From the NCBI GenBank assembly GCA_951406725.2, contig OX597820.1:93434001-93498000 (forward strand): a stretch of 64,000 nt of DNA. Reading direction: 5' to 3'. Position numbers and translations under genes: made by a program. The notes under the pieces are model-generated. The model made no database searches. It was not told where the DNA came from and was given only the letters and a program-made list of their open reading frames with translations. This DNA is from Octopus vulgaris. Its lineage: Eukaryota. Of the stretch, positions 27,010 through 41,064 are shown in pieces (the first letter of the stretch is position 1; every line of letters starts with the position of its first letter).

Positions 27010-27756
27010 CCCTATAGCATTCAGTAATGCTCATTTATTCACACTGTTTTGAATGAATCATACATTATTTCATAGCATCAAGATTTCAATGATATCATCA
27101 TCATCATCATCATCGTTTAACGTCCGTTTTTCATGCTAGCATGGGTTGGATGGTTCTACCGAGGTCTGGGAAGCCAGGAGGCTGCATCAGGCTCTAGCCT
27201 GATCTGGCAGTGTTTCTACAGCTGGATGCTCTTCCTAATACCAACCACTCCGTGAGTGTAGTGGGTGCTTTTTACATGCCACCGGCACAGGTGTCAGGGG
27301 AGGCTGGCAATGGCCACAATCGGTTGGTGCTTTTTACATGCCACCGGCACGGAAGCCAGTCAAGGTGGCTCTGGCATCGGCCACATTCGGATGGTGCTTT
27401 TTACATGCCACTGGCATAGGTATCAAACTACAATTTCCATTTGATTTTTATTTTGATGTTGATGTACTTGACTTAATAGGTCTCCTCAAGCACAGCAGGT
27501 AGCCCTACAATCCAAGGTAAGCACAGCAGGCCGTCCTGTGATCCAAGGTACTTTGGATGGGTTGGGGCTGCTATGTGAAGCTGGTGACAGGAAACAGCCA
27601 TGAACTCAGTTATTTGTCGGGTCTTCGCAGTCACAGCATATTGTTTATTTTTAGAATAACATTGTACAGTAGGTATGAGAGGCTTGATCTTGTCAGTTTG
27701 AACATAAAACTGGTAGAATATTTAGGTCTGATATGGCTGGTTTAAATGCAAAAGGG
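27010..27756. mobile_element. piggyBac-type MITE interrupted by a minus-strand family-C insertion (~27094-27640)
   Basis: MITE 5' part at 27010-27093 and 3' part at ~27640-27756; the insert starts with (CAT)n and carries reverse-complement GTGCCGGTGGCATGTAAAAAGCACC modules. Confidence 0.8.
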
Positions 27757-27997
27757 CTAAGTATCGCTGGTGCATAATTTTGAAAAACAAAGACATAAAT
27801 TTCATTTTTGTATTTGGTTTGCAAGATGCTTTATGTGAATCTATGTGTTGAAACAAATCTTATTGTGTCTTGGGAGGGTCATAATGCCAATGATAATAAA
27901 CACATACACAGGTTCAATTCCACTCTTTTATAGCTAGTCAATTGGTTAAATATCTACCCAACTAACTAATCTATTGTTTGTTTAACTTGCTGGTTAA

Positions 27998-28202
27998 TCC
28001 TCTACCATTCAGATTACTCTTATTTATTCACATTGATTTGAATTTATCATACACCATCTTGTAGCTTTGAAATTTCAGTGAGGTGATTGTTTATTTTTAT
28101 AATGTCATTATAGTGTGGGTATGAGAAGTTGGATGTGGTCTGTACGAACATAAAACAGGCAGAATATTCAGGCCTGATATGGTCAGTTTGAATACTAAAT
28201 GG
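27998..28202. mobile_element. piggyBac-type MITE (diverged)
   Basis: TTAA flanks; homology to 5491-5700. Confidence 0.65.
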
Positions 28203-30365
28203 TTAAACATTTTGTTATTTGGTGGCGGGGTGTTAACGTTCTTTCATTGTCATTTTTCAAATATTAAGAAATTAGTTTCACTTTTAGACAAGATAAAGTG
28301 AACACCTAGAAGCAACTTTTAATCATTGCAAGATGTTTGCAATTATCACTGTTAGCTTTCGCAGATTTGGAGTTTTCTTTCCTGACATCACAAAAGTTCT
28401 TTGTTTAGTTTGTACTGATGATGCTTACTATGAACTAATTCAACATAAAATAATTACTCTAGAAACCTGAAATTATTAAGACTGATGATATCACTAACTG
28501 AATGCAAAATATTGCTTTGATATAATGCTTAATACAACTGTCATATTCACAGATGTGGGTCCAATTCCCAGAAACAGCCTTCAACTTGCTTTCATTCAAG
28601 GGGTCATTAACCCAATATTCTACAAGCTGTTATTTATAGCTTTATCTAAGGTGGTGAGCTGTGGGGTAAATAGCCCTGTTCAATATGTAGAAAAGACACA
28701 GGCAAGGATTCCATATGGTATACCCAATGCAAGCTATAGACACATAAGAAGTGCAGTGGAATCACAGAAAAGTTATAACACAGATAGTAGTCTTTGCATG
28801 TGGAAGAAGCACAGGAGCAATGAATTAAGAATACACAGCAAATAGATTCTCTCAAATGCTCAGGAAGCTCCTAGGGGTAGGAGTTTCTGTTAAAAAGCTG
28901 ACCTAATTAGTAGGGGAAGCAGATGTTTTGAAAGTGTAGTTGCTAGAATATGAAGAGAACTATTACTTCTGTTGGTAACAAAAGGCCATTCTGTCAGAGT
29001 GAAAGTTAAATTATATGATGCCTGTGCATAAACAGCAATGCCATATGGTATTGAGAAAACGGCCAGGTTGGCAAAAGAGACCAAAAGAATAAATACCAGG
29101 CTTTACGAAGAAAAAAATAAGTACTGGGGTTGGTTCGTTGGGTTAAAATTCATGGCAGTGCCCCAGCATGGCCACCAATGACTGAAACATGTAAAAGGTA
29201 AAAGATATATCCATAACAGTTTTTTATTAAAAAAATTGTGCTGGGAGATGAACTATGCATCGTTGCATGTCAGATTCAAATCCATCTGGTGGGCTGTATA
29301 TTTGACGTCATTGCTAAACGACATCATCCGACCAGCTAGAAATAGCAGCTGAATCTGCCTCAATCACACCCTAACTATCTTAAATTTAAGAAAGAACAAA
29401 TCATGTTATCATCATCATTATCCTTCAAAGTCCGCTTTCCATGCTGGCATGGGTTGGATGGCTTGACCAGAGCTGATAAGCTGGAGAGCTTCACCAGACT
29501 CCAGTCTGATAGTTATGTAGTTTATAATATCTCTAAAAAAAAAACCCACAGGATAATTTCAGCTAAAACACTTTGAGATGATAGGTTTGCTCAATCAGGA
29601 CTTGGCTGAGACTAAACACAAACAACATGTATTAAATCTTTAGTATTTAAATCAGTCATATTTGTCTATTTAATGTTCAAACTGACCCAGTTTCAGTCTC
29701 CTACACCCACCTTATAATAACCTTTTCTACTCTAGGCACAAGGCCCGAAATTTTGGGGGAGGGGGCCAGTCAATTAGATCAACCCCAATATGCAACTGGT
29801 ACTTAATTTATTGACCCCGAAAAGATGAAAGGCAAAGTCGACCTCAGCAGAATTTGAACTCAGAACGTAAAGACAGACGAAATACTGCTAAGTATTTCGC
29901 CTGGTGTGCTAACGTTTCTGGCAGCTTGCCACTTCCCCACCTTATAATATCATTCTAAAAACAAACTGTCAAATCATTGAAATTGCAAAACTGTGTGGTG
30001 ACATATAAAAAGCGCCCAGTCAAACCATCTGACCCATGCCGGCATGGAAACGGAACATTAAATGATGATGATGATTATGATTAATGCATGATTAATTCAA
30101 AAACAATGTGAATAATCAAGCATTACATTTGGCAGAGTAATCAAAACCATTTTATGGGACAATTTAGATTTGTAAATAAAAGAAAAGAAAAAGAATTTCA
30201 CAAAAAAAAAAAATTAAGTTAAAAATAAGATAAAGGCAAGCGTGGCTGTGTGGTAAGGAGTTAGCTTCATGACCACATGGTTCCAGGTTCAGTTTCACTG
30301 TGTGCCACCTCAGACAACTGTTTCAACTATAGCCCTGAACCAACCAAAGCCTTCTGAGTATATTT

Positions 30366-30674
30366 TTGTTGCTTGTTCCTTCTTGAGCCATGCCTGGCTC
30401 ATAGGGCCGGTTTCCTGGTTTCCTTGGTGTATAGGTTCCCCAGCTGAATGGGACGCTGGTCTATCACAGGTGAGCTGCAAGATGCAGGAGGAAAAAGTGA
30501 GAGGAAGATGTGGCGAAAGAGTCAGCAGAAGTTTCACCATTACCTTCTGCCAGAGCCACGTGGAGCTTAGGTGTTTCACTCATAAACATATACATCGCCC
30601 GGTCTGAGATTCGAACGCGCAATCCCTCGACCACAAGTCCGCTGCTCTAACCACTAGGCCATGTGACTCCACAC
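30366..30674 (-). mobile_element. tRNA-derived SINE nested in a family-A SINE
   Basis: Head TGGCCTAGTGG...GTTCGAATCTC on the minus strand; near-perfect TSD gagtatattt / gagtagattt; host SINE spans ~30236-31000. Confidence 0.75.
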
Positions 30675-31005
30675 GAGTAGATTTGGTAGGCAGAAGCTGA
30701 AAGCAGACCTCTCTCTCTCTCTCTCTCTCTCTCCTTCTGTGCACACATGTGCACGTGTATGTATGTATGTATGTGCATGTGTCTTGGTGTTTGTGTTTGC
30801 CTCCCCCTCACCACCTAACAACTGGTGTTGGCTTGTTTACATTCCCCATAACTTAGCAGTTCAGCAAAAGACTCCAACAGAATAAGCACCAAGCTTAAAA
30901 AAGTAAATAAGTACTGGGGGCAATCTGTTCGACAAGAACCCTTCAAGAAGGTGCTCCAGCATGATCACAGTGTCCAGTGACTGAAGCACGTGAAAAATAA
31001 ACAAT

Positions 31006-31076
31006 ATGGCGGTGCCCCAGCAAATGGCGGTGCCCCAGCAAATGGCGGTGCCCCAGCAAATGGCGGTGCCCCAGCA
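31006..31076. repeat. 18-bp tandem repeat x4 (AATGGCGGTGCCCCAGCA) derived from the SINE-A tail
   Basis: Direct reading; ends ~85 bp from the exon donor at 31161. Confidence 0.9.
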
Positions 31077-31161
31077 TGGCCACAGCTCATGAGCTGAAAC
31101 TAGAATCAATCAATCAATCAATAAAAGACAAAAATTCAAGAAAAATTAATAAGCTTCTTAC

Positions 31162-31280
31162 CATGAGCAACATTATTGATGCAGTCTAAAAATTTGTTTC
31201 CCTCTTCATCGTACATAAACTCCTTGGAAGCCTTCACAATCTTCAGTGGCTCTTTATCAAAAAACAATGTGCATGAATTG
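31162..31280 (-). CDS. ETNPPL: ETNPPL/AGXT2L-like phospho-lyase, coding exon (most 5' exon found; 119 bp, phase 2 in, phase 1 out)
   Basis: Minus strand ttttccttgcag|C AAT TCA TGC...GCT CAT G|gtaag translates NSCTLFFDKEPLKIVKASKEFMYDEEGNKFLDCINNVAH, matching the ETNPPL/PHYKPL N-terminal motif (SC..FF..P.KIV.A..YM.DE.G..YLDCINNVAHVGH). Phase joins the exon at 24484. Confidence 0.95.
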
Positions 31281-31554
31281 CTGCAAGGAAAAGCAAAAGC
31301 AAAGATTAAGATCAAAGTTAATTCTTCTATTGAGTTTAATTTAATGACAAATGCAGAGGTGTGCCCATGTGGTTAAGATGATTGCTTCCCAACCATGTGG
31401 TCTTGGGTTCAATCCAACAGTATCATGCCTTGGGCAAGTGTGTTTTATTATGGGCCTGGACAACCAAAGCCTAGTGGGTGGAATTAGAAGACAGGCGGTG
31501 CTCCAGCATGACCACAGTCACATGACTGAAACAAGTAAAAGAGTAAAAAAAAGA

Positions 31555-31613
<59 letters not shown>

Positions 31614-34026
31614 TGTTTGAAAAATGAGTATAGATGGCTTTTGCAGGGATGATTTTTATTTTAATGATAATGTTTACAGTTATTCTAATGAGTTTCAAGC
31701 TTTTCCACAGCTGTTTTCAAACTGAAATTCTGTGGTTTAGAAGGTTGCTTATATAGCAAAAGATTGTTACTTATAAGTATACAAATAAAACATAAAAATA
31801 TAAAATAAAAAAATATAAAAAATAATAAAAGTATGCAAAAAGTAAATACAACAGCATGTGTGAAAAAGAAAAAGAAAAAAAAGGGAAAAAAAGAAAAAAG
31901 GTGGAAGAAAAGGAAAAAAAAACATGAAGAGCAAGGAGGAAGGTAAAGAGTAAGAAGAAGACAAAAAAGTAGCTGAAAATGGTAAGGAGAAGAGATTAGT
32001 CTATCAGGAATAAAGAAAAGAAGAGGTAAAAAAAAATGTTGAGTTCTTGTCAAAAGATGACATTTGTGAATCCTTCTGTCTGAGATCACCTTATTCATCC
32101 TTCATAGGTGGTACGGTGTTCCCCCACCTAATCACATACACACACACACACATATATATGTACATATACATACACATATATACACACACATACATATGTA
32201 CACATATGTATACAGACAAATATCCACACACACACACACTCACACATACATACATACATACATATGTATATATATATATGTATGTGTGTGTGTTTGTGTG
32301 TCTGTGTTTGTCGCCCTAGCATTGCTTGACAACCGATGCTGGTGTGTTTACGTCCCTGTCACTTAGCGGTTCGGCAAAAGAGACCAATAGAATAAGTACT
32401 GGGCTTACAAAGAATAAGTCCCGGGGTTGATTTGCTCGACGAAAGGCGGTGCTCCAGCATGGCCACAGTCAAATGACTGAAACAAGCAAAAGAGCATACA
32501 TAAATAAGCAACATGATACCCAGAGTTGATGCAGTACGACCCAGTCAAGCGGTTCCATTTAATTGAACAATGTAATCATTACATCAATTTAAATGCTGGG
32601 CTATCCTCAGCTGCATAGATAAATAAGTAGATTTTTTTAATTAGTCAGACACATTAATATAATTTTACTTAAATACTCTAATAGAGCAAGAAGACAGAGA
32701 AAGTCCATGCTGCCATTACTGTAGTTTAGAGTATACTAGACTTCAGGAAGAGTATGAAAGTTTGTTGGGGGTCATAGCTTGTAATGGATTTTGGTTCAGT
32801 CTTGTTTATCAATTACCAGATCTAAGACTAGATCTGTTTGGAAAGGGCAGGAGTGAGTTGACAGTACATAAATATTGTCAAGAATTTTTTTTTAAGTAGT
32901 ATAAAGTAACTAACTACAAAGGAGGTTGGGTAGTGGAAGACCCTAAATCAAGATATTAATTACCAGTTAAAGGGGCAAGAAGCTAATAAAAACAAATATG
33001 TTAATACAGAGGAAATTTTATCATGGGGTACTATAGGTGATTGATTTTTACCTGACACTAACACAGGTGAGGTTAGTTTTGGCATAATTTTTACAGCTGG
33101 ATGCCCTTACAAACGCCAACCACCAGGCATTTGCTGTAATGGAGGGGGCATTGGAGGAGGTGATCCTGTGTTAGCTGATGAAAGGTTACATTGTCACAGA
33201 GAAATAGAGAGGCAGAAATAGATATCTTGCTACAGAGGAGTAAGAGAGGGGGGAGAAAGAAAGAGAAGTGAGGGAGAGGAAGAGAGAGGGAAGAGGAAGA
33301 GAGGGGAGAGAGGGGAAGAGAAAGAGAGAGGAAGAGAGAGAGAGAGGTACAAGGAAAAGGACAGAAACAGGTGTGCTGATGTAAAGGAGAGGGAAAAGCA
33401 AGAGAGAGAGAGAGAGAGAGAGAGAAAGGGTGATCAAGAATGAGGGCAGAAATAGGTGTGCTGTTGTAGAGGAGATACATGGCTACCCAACCAGAGGGAA
33501 GAGCAAGGGAAAGAGAGAATGTGTTGGGGATAGCAAAAGTGCAAGAGAGTGCAGGAGAGAGATTTTGAAGTGCTAGGATATACTCACAATTAACTAGAAC
33601 CAGTGCATAGATGTTATGGTAGAGTAAGGAAGAGAGTAGTACAGAGATCATAATATATGCAGTAAGGTATTGTCAAGAAGGTGCAAGTAGGGACTGGGGA
33701 TTGCAGTGGTTGGTGAAAATCTAGGTATAAAAATGGGGTTGGGGAAAAGCAGCGATACAGTGAGCAGGGCAGTGCGGGCAGGGAAGGGGATTGGAAGACA
33801 ATCATAGTTTATGAAGAAGAAATGTGAGGAAGAGAAAAAGATGCAGTTTAAAAGAGATATAGTTTGTGTGAAAAGCTTGTTGTTACATGTGGGTGGACAC
33901 AATGCTTCCAGCACTCAGTTTCACAGACATGGGTGGGTCTTCTCTAGAACTTCATATTGCCAAACATCTCAGTCCATTGTCATTTCTTCTGTGAACCCCA
34001 ACATCCTACGATCAATGCTCACCACT

Positions 34027-34063
<37 letters not shown>

Positions 34064-36059
34064 TATTAAGTTAGACATGGCCTGTACCAATCTTTTGTTG
34101 AAACATATCTAAGTTTTTATATATATATATATATATATCATCATCATCATCATCATCGTTTAACGTCCGTTCTCCATGCTAGCATGGGTTGGACGGCTAT
34201 ATATATATATATATATTTTATGTTATTTATCTATTTATTTATTCATTTATCTATAGGTAAATATTTACATAATAGTAGCCTGTATACTAAGTTTATCTAT
34301 GTCCTCATTTCAATGTATATTTTTCATTTTATTTTATGTTATTTATCTATCTATCTATTCATTTATGTATATGTGGATATATACATAGTAGCAGTACTAT
34401 ATATTAGGTTTACCTTTGTATTTATCTTAATTTGTATTCTATGGTATTTATCTATTTATTTATTCATTTATTTATTTATATGTAGATATATACATACATA
34501 TCCATTATTTATTATAATAATATATATATATGTATACAAGCTTTTACTTATATTTTCATTTTAATTTTAATTATTTCATCTTATTTTATTTTATTACATT
34601 TTAATTTTAAGTAATTACAATTATTAACTTATAATTAATTTAATTTATTGTTATTTACTTATATACTATTTATTGGTAAGTCCTGTTAATTGCTTTATAG
34701 GTATTTATATGTCCACTGATATTATTTAATGCTAAATCCTGTTAATTATTATATATGTATTTATGTGTCCACTGATACTTAAAAATATATATATATAAGT
34801 ACTACGAATGTTTACACGCACATCATATGTGAAAATATATGGTGTGTATGTGTATGTCTGTTGTTACACATGAGTATACATATGGACATGTAGATGTGGG
34901 TGTAATTCTATTAGTTCATTGGTGAGGGTTTAAATAGGAAAATATTAGTATTGTAATAATACTGGATTTCTTACGTAGGGATGCTATCTGTATAAGCTAT
35001 AAGGAGTTATTTTGATTATATATCTTAGAATATTAGCGTATTTTGACTTTTTACAATTAATTTCTTATAATTTAATTATTATAAACTAATGTTAATTTAG
35101 TATATATATATATTTTTATGTCTTTTGATAGACAAACAGAAATGGGTATTCTATACTTTATAATTTAGCGAATGTTCGAATAAAACATAGCAGTAAAGTT
35201 GTGGACTTTTTTAGTTATAAAATATTATGTTTACGAAAAATACGGTGTCATATGAATTATGTACCTTATGACAAATTACACTATCTGGATATAATTATAT
35301 GTATGTTTGCATTTACTGTTTTATGGACATATGTGAGTGGATCTATTTGTAAATACTTAGTTAATACCACGGCCATGGTGTCGTCCGGGGTGGCTGGATG
35401 TCTGCATGCATGTATGTGCAATCGGTTGAGTTCCTCTGTTTTGCATGTGTATAGTTGCAATACTACCTCTTATATTATTTATTTATTTATTTATGATTTG
35501 GTTGTGTATGTGGGTATGTCTGTGTGTATGTGTGTGTGTGTGTATACATATAACTATGTATGTATGTGCACACGATTTGTGGATGTGCGTGCGCGTGTGT
35601 AAGTTTCCTAGCTAACTAACCGTAAAATTTCCATTGTAATTCAAATTTAAAACTATAAGCCAATCGAATCTATCTATGAAAATCAATACCATGCGGGCAG
35701 AGGAATTCGACTGATTGAGTATATATGTGGATGTCCGCTTGCTTTGGATGGTACAATCGTGGTTGTTATTATTATTATTAATATTAATTTTATTGACTTT
35801 TTGCGTAATGACACATTTTAATAGATTGGACTGTTCAATATATATGCCTGCTTTAAATGTGAGTGTACATGTTGTATTTCCTTGATGTTGGTTATAGAAC
35901 TGTGGAGTTCAATATGGAACATCATTGTGTTTGTTAATGTATATTGATCTATATTGTTTATATTGTATTATTGTGTATATATATATATGTAGGAATATGA
36001 GTGTGTATGCACACATATTTATATTTATATGTAAATTTTTTTCATACTTGCATTAAATT

Positions 36060-36168
36060 CTCTGAAGAGGCCGTGAGACATTCTTGTTAATGTCTCATTT
36101 ATACCTGCTTTATATGGCTAATAGGTTAAATGGGACATACCTGTCTTCACGGCCGAAACAGCTGTCAG
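36060..36168 (+). ncRNA. Type-I minimal hammerhead ribozyme motif (Penelope-like/retrozyme type)
   Basis: CT-CTGAAGA-GGCCGTGAGACA...TGTC(T)TCACGGCC-GAAAC-AGCT-GTC-AG: all core nucleotides, 12-bp stem II, palindromic stem III, GUC cleavage triplet; stem I only 2 bp. Confidence 0.75.
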
Positions 36169-36601
36169 CTACAATGTAAATGTATTTTCTATGTCTTGTT
36201 ATATTTGTACTATATTAATGTATAATATGATTGCTATTGTGTAATGGTTTAATAAAGTATTGATTGGGTATTATCTGATGGTTGATGATTGATTTAGATA
36301 TATTTCTCCATTTTCTCATTTTGTATATATATATATATATATATACGTATATATAAATACACATACACACACAGATATATACATATATATACATACACAC
36401 ATATATACATACATATATATACACATATACAAATACACACATATACATACATATACACACACATATACATACATATATATACACATATACAAATACACAC
36501 ATATATATACATATACACACACATATATATATACACACACATATATACATACATATATATACACATATACACACATATATATATGCACATATATATATAT
36601 A

Positions 36602-36675
<74 letters not shown>

Positions 36676-38649
36676 CATATATCATCATCATCATTTAATG
36701 TCCGCTTTCCATGCTGGCACGGGTTGGACGGTTGGACAGGGGAAACCAATCAACTTCAAAAACAGGGTCTGTTTACTCAATACATGATACTATACAGTAT
36801 TCTCAGATTTCTGGAAGCCAGATAAATGGTCCAGTACTGTATTACTTTCAAAAGCACTGGATTAAATTTAAATATAACAAAGTCCTTACAATGGGTGAAA
36901 TTGAAATGTAAAAACTTTCTTTCCTTGCTATTAATATTCAGAAAAAAAAAAAAAAGGAGTCTCCTAATGGATCATTTCACTTTGTTGACTGCTTCTCAGA
37001 GAAGACATAACTTGGTTTCTTCAAACAACATAGGTCAGATATTATATTAAAAAGTCATGGATTAGACTATCATCATGGTGGATTGCTTAATTTGCATTCT
37101 TCTACTTCTGATGATGATGCTGATCTGGGAAGGAAACCAAGGACATCTTTTCTGAGGAGTGGTTAACAAACTGTGAAATCTGTGACAAACTGTGCCAAGA
37201 GAACCATTTCCTCTTTCTTCTATACATCAATAAAATTGAATGGCAAATTTACATTTTATGAGTCTATGTGATATATTTTAATTTATTTCAGTTCTGCTTT
37301 ATGCTGGTTATGCATAAAAAAGATATTGATTACTTTTAATTCCCCGCCCACTCTCTCACACTAACTGTCTCTCTATCTTTCTCTCCAACTATCTCTACTT
37401 CCTCTCTTTTTCCTATTGAGGTAAAGAAGTATCTTCTCTGTAGTAAGATACCTATCTCTATCCCTCTGTTATACTCTAACCTCTCACCTGGAACAATGCT
37501 ACTTCCCTTGGTTCCAGCCCCTCTCTAAACTGAGAGGTTTTCATCCTGCAAGTTACTTGGTGACCCCACTGGAATGGAACTTTGGAGATGGAAACTATGT
37601 TGAAGCCTATTGTGTGTGTGTTTAAATGAATATAAGTGAAGTATTTAGTCTAGGTTTAAACAATTAAATGGTATAAAAGGTGGAACTATTGCAACCAAAA
37701 TTTTGGATTTCCTAATTACTACCATAGGACAAAATGGCATTAGCAAGAACACATTTCACAAAAAATGCTTATTTTTAACAAATGGTTATATTGATAAGTC
37801 TACTTCAGTTATCTATAGCTATGTGCACAACTCAGAAAACACATTCAATAAAAGCTGAGAGAGAGAGAGAGAGAGGGAGAGGTGGGAGGAGATTCCCATA
37901 AAAAGTAAATTTTATGATGAAAGTCTAATTTTTTTAACTTGACCTGGAATGTTATAGTACATGACAAAAGACAGAAGTGATAGGAGAATTCAAAAATTAC
38001 GTTGGCATCATTTCAATATTCAATATCACTTAACTTCAACTGGGTGTGATTGTCATTCTAGTTTGTTGCCTACTCTCTCGCTTGTAGGTTAATGGATTAA
38101 CAAGAAACATGAGCTTCAACTGTTGTACAGAAAAAGAAAAAATGCAAACTATGCCACTGCATTAATTGTATGTATATGTCAGCATTATCTGATATCGTGA
38201 ATTTGAAGCATGAATAATCTTTGCTCAGAGCATATTTCACGATTATGATTGTTACACCAGTTTTGTTCATTATAACCATAATGGTGCACCATTTTTTCTT
38301 CCTTGCAAATGCACAAAAAAACAGTCCTCCACCTCTGCATTCATGTTTTCAAGTTTCTTAAGAAAATGATGCAACCAATCTGTGCCCACACATTTATTCC
38401 ATGCCCTTCATAGGCTGGAGTATCTTCAGGTAAAGCTGACTCACATATTCAGATGTTGACTTTGTTTTGAGTTTAGTGCTTCACCATTTGCCAGTGTAGT
38501 TCCAAATATGGGATTAGTTTGAACATAATCCAGCTAACGCCATGCCCTAATGAGCAGGTAGCTATGTTAAGATTAGCATCTTCAATAATCACCAAGAGAA
38601 AGAATTGTCTTCAACAATGTTTATTAATAATGCTAAACATTTTTATATA

Positions 38650-39055
38650 GGCGTAGGAATGGCTGTGTGGTAGGTAGCTTGCTTACCAACCACATGGTTC
38701 CGGGTTCAGTCCCACTGCGTGGCACCTTGGGCAAGTGTCTTCTACTATAGCTTCAGGCTGACCAAAGCCTTGTGATTGCATTTGGTAGACGGAAACTGAA
38801 AGAAGCCCATTGTATATATGTGTGTGTGTATGTTTGTGCATCTGTGTTTGTTCCCCACAACATCGCTTGACAACTGATGCCGGTGTGTTTACATCCCCGT
38901 AACATAGCGGTTCAGCAAAAGAGACCGATAGAATAAGCACTAGGCTTACAAAGAATAAGTCCTGGGGTCGATTTGCTCGACTAAAGGTGGTGCTCCAGCA
39001 TGGCCACAGTCAAAATGACTGAAACAAGTAAAAGAGTAAAAGAGAATAAAAGAAT
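38650..39055 (+). mobile_element. Family-A SINE
   Basis: Collinear similarity to 106-514. Confidence 0.85.
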
Positions 39056-39575
39056 ATACATAATGCACAGTTTGTTGTATACATGTTAGTGTGAATCAAG
39101 AAATAATGAAACTGCCAAAGCATAGTCAAGGTAGATTTTTTTCAGTAACAAATCAATGTTTACATCTACACTCATTACATAAGTCAACCCTGCTCCTTGT
39201 TTGGTTACAGATTTACTGAGAATCTGGGACATACTCATGGTTTGGATGGATCAGATCACCAGAGCATGCACAGAAGACAGGGGGAAATGGAAGATTTGGC
39301 AACAGAATGATATAAAAGTTAAAAATGCAGTTTTAGTATTTGCTTTTGCTAACAATTATAATTGCACATCAATATGTACAGATTCCACTTACATGGATCT
39401 TTTAAGAATGATTTGGAGTAGTTTACTATATTTCACTTGAGTTGAAAATTTTGGTGTCATGCATCACTTCTGAGCATAACACAAAATACACGCACACACA
39501 CACACACATGCATGTGGACAGGCAGACAGATAGATAGACAGGATGATAGGCAGACAGATAGACTGGCAGACAGAC

Positions 39576-39662
<87 letters not shown>

Positions 39663-40322
39663 CAGACAGATGACAGGCTCCTTTCAGTTTCCATCAACCA
39701 AATCCACTCTTAAGGCTTTCATCAGCCCTGAGCTATAGTTAAATACACTAGCTGAAAGTGTTGCACAGTGGGACTGAACCCAAAACCACATGATTGGGAA
39801 GCAAGCTTCTGACCACACAGCCCATGGGGGAGGGGGTTAAGTTGATTACATCAACTCACGTGTTCAAGTGGTACTTATTTCATCAACCCCAAAAGGAATT
39901 TGAACTCAGGATGTAAAGATAGACAAAATGCCACAAAACATTTTGCCCAGCATGCTAACAATTCTACCAGCTTGACAAAGAAATATTTCCTCTTGTAATG
40001 TATAAGCAAAAAATATCTATGACTGATGACATAAACCTTCTGACATATCCAGTTCAGGTCTTATGATTTATCATGTGATATGTCTAATGATTATTCTTGT
40101 GACACATCTTGTGACACAGGCATATATGCATACCTAGCACAATGGAAAAGAGGTTTGTTTTGCAATCATGTGATTTTAGCTTTAATCCTGCAAGTCTTAA
40201 CTACCAGAGTCTCTTCAGTTGATTAATGCCTTGTGAGAGGAATTTGACACAAATGGAAAATGCATAGAAGCCATTGTGTGTGTGTGTGTGTGTGTTACTG
40301 TATTTGGGGCTGTGGATATTTA

Positions 40323-40353
<31 letters not shown>

Positions 40354-41031
40354 GTAGTGACGTATATTTGCCATTTGAATATACGTCACGATGTGTTGCT
40401 GCTACTGTTTATAACTCGCTCTGAGATTTATCATATATATATATATATATATATGTTTCATATATATATATATATATATACAAATGTATATATATGTGTT
40501 CATGTATTTATGTGTGTACTTGCATGTGTGTGTATATAAATATACGAGTGTGTATGTGTATGTATAGTGTATACATGTGTATTTGTGTATTACTGTATTT
40601 ATCTGCGTGTCTATATACAAGGTGGGTCATAATGAGGGGACAGTTATGTAATAAATATATTTGGTACTCTATGTCATTTCAATAATCCAAGATACAAGCA
40701 TTTAAAAAGTGTCCCATCATAATGGCTCACCCTCTGTGTATGAGTGAGTGCCCTTAAGCTAAAAACGATAATTTCACAATTTGATAAATAGAGATTAATA
40801 AAACGAAATAAGAACTAAACCATAATAATTAACACAGATGACAGAAATGATACTAAACTTGTAAAAATCAGTGCACCAGCATGGCCATAGATCAAATGAT
40901 TGCAATGAGTAAAAAATATAGATTTGAAGGTATTTTATCACTAGTAAATATTACAGCCACAAGTATCAAAAGCAAATCATATTATGTATCTATATATAAA
41001 CATCATCATCACCACCACCAACATCATCATC

Positions 41032-41064
<33 letters not shown>

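Noticed and set aside
37020-37170. Coding-looking stretch ...SSTSDDDADLGRKPRTSFLRSG* on the + strand
   Set aside because: Short, preceded by an in-frame stop, with no convincing acceptor or homology.
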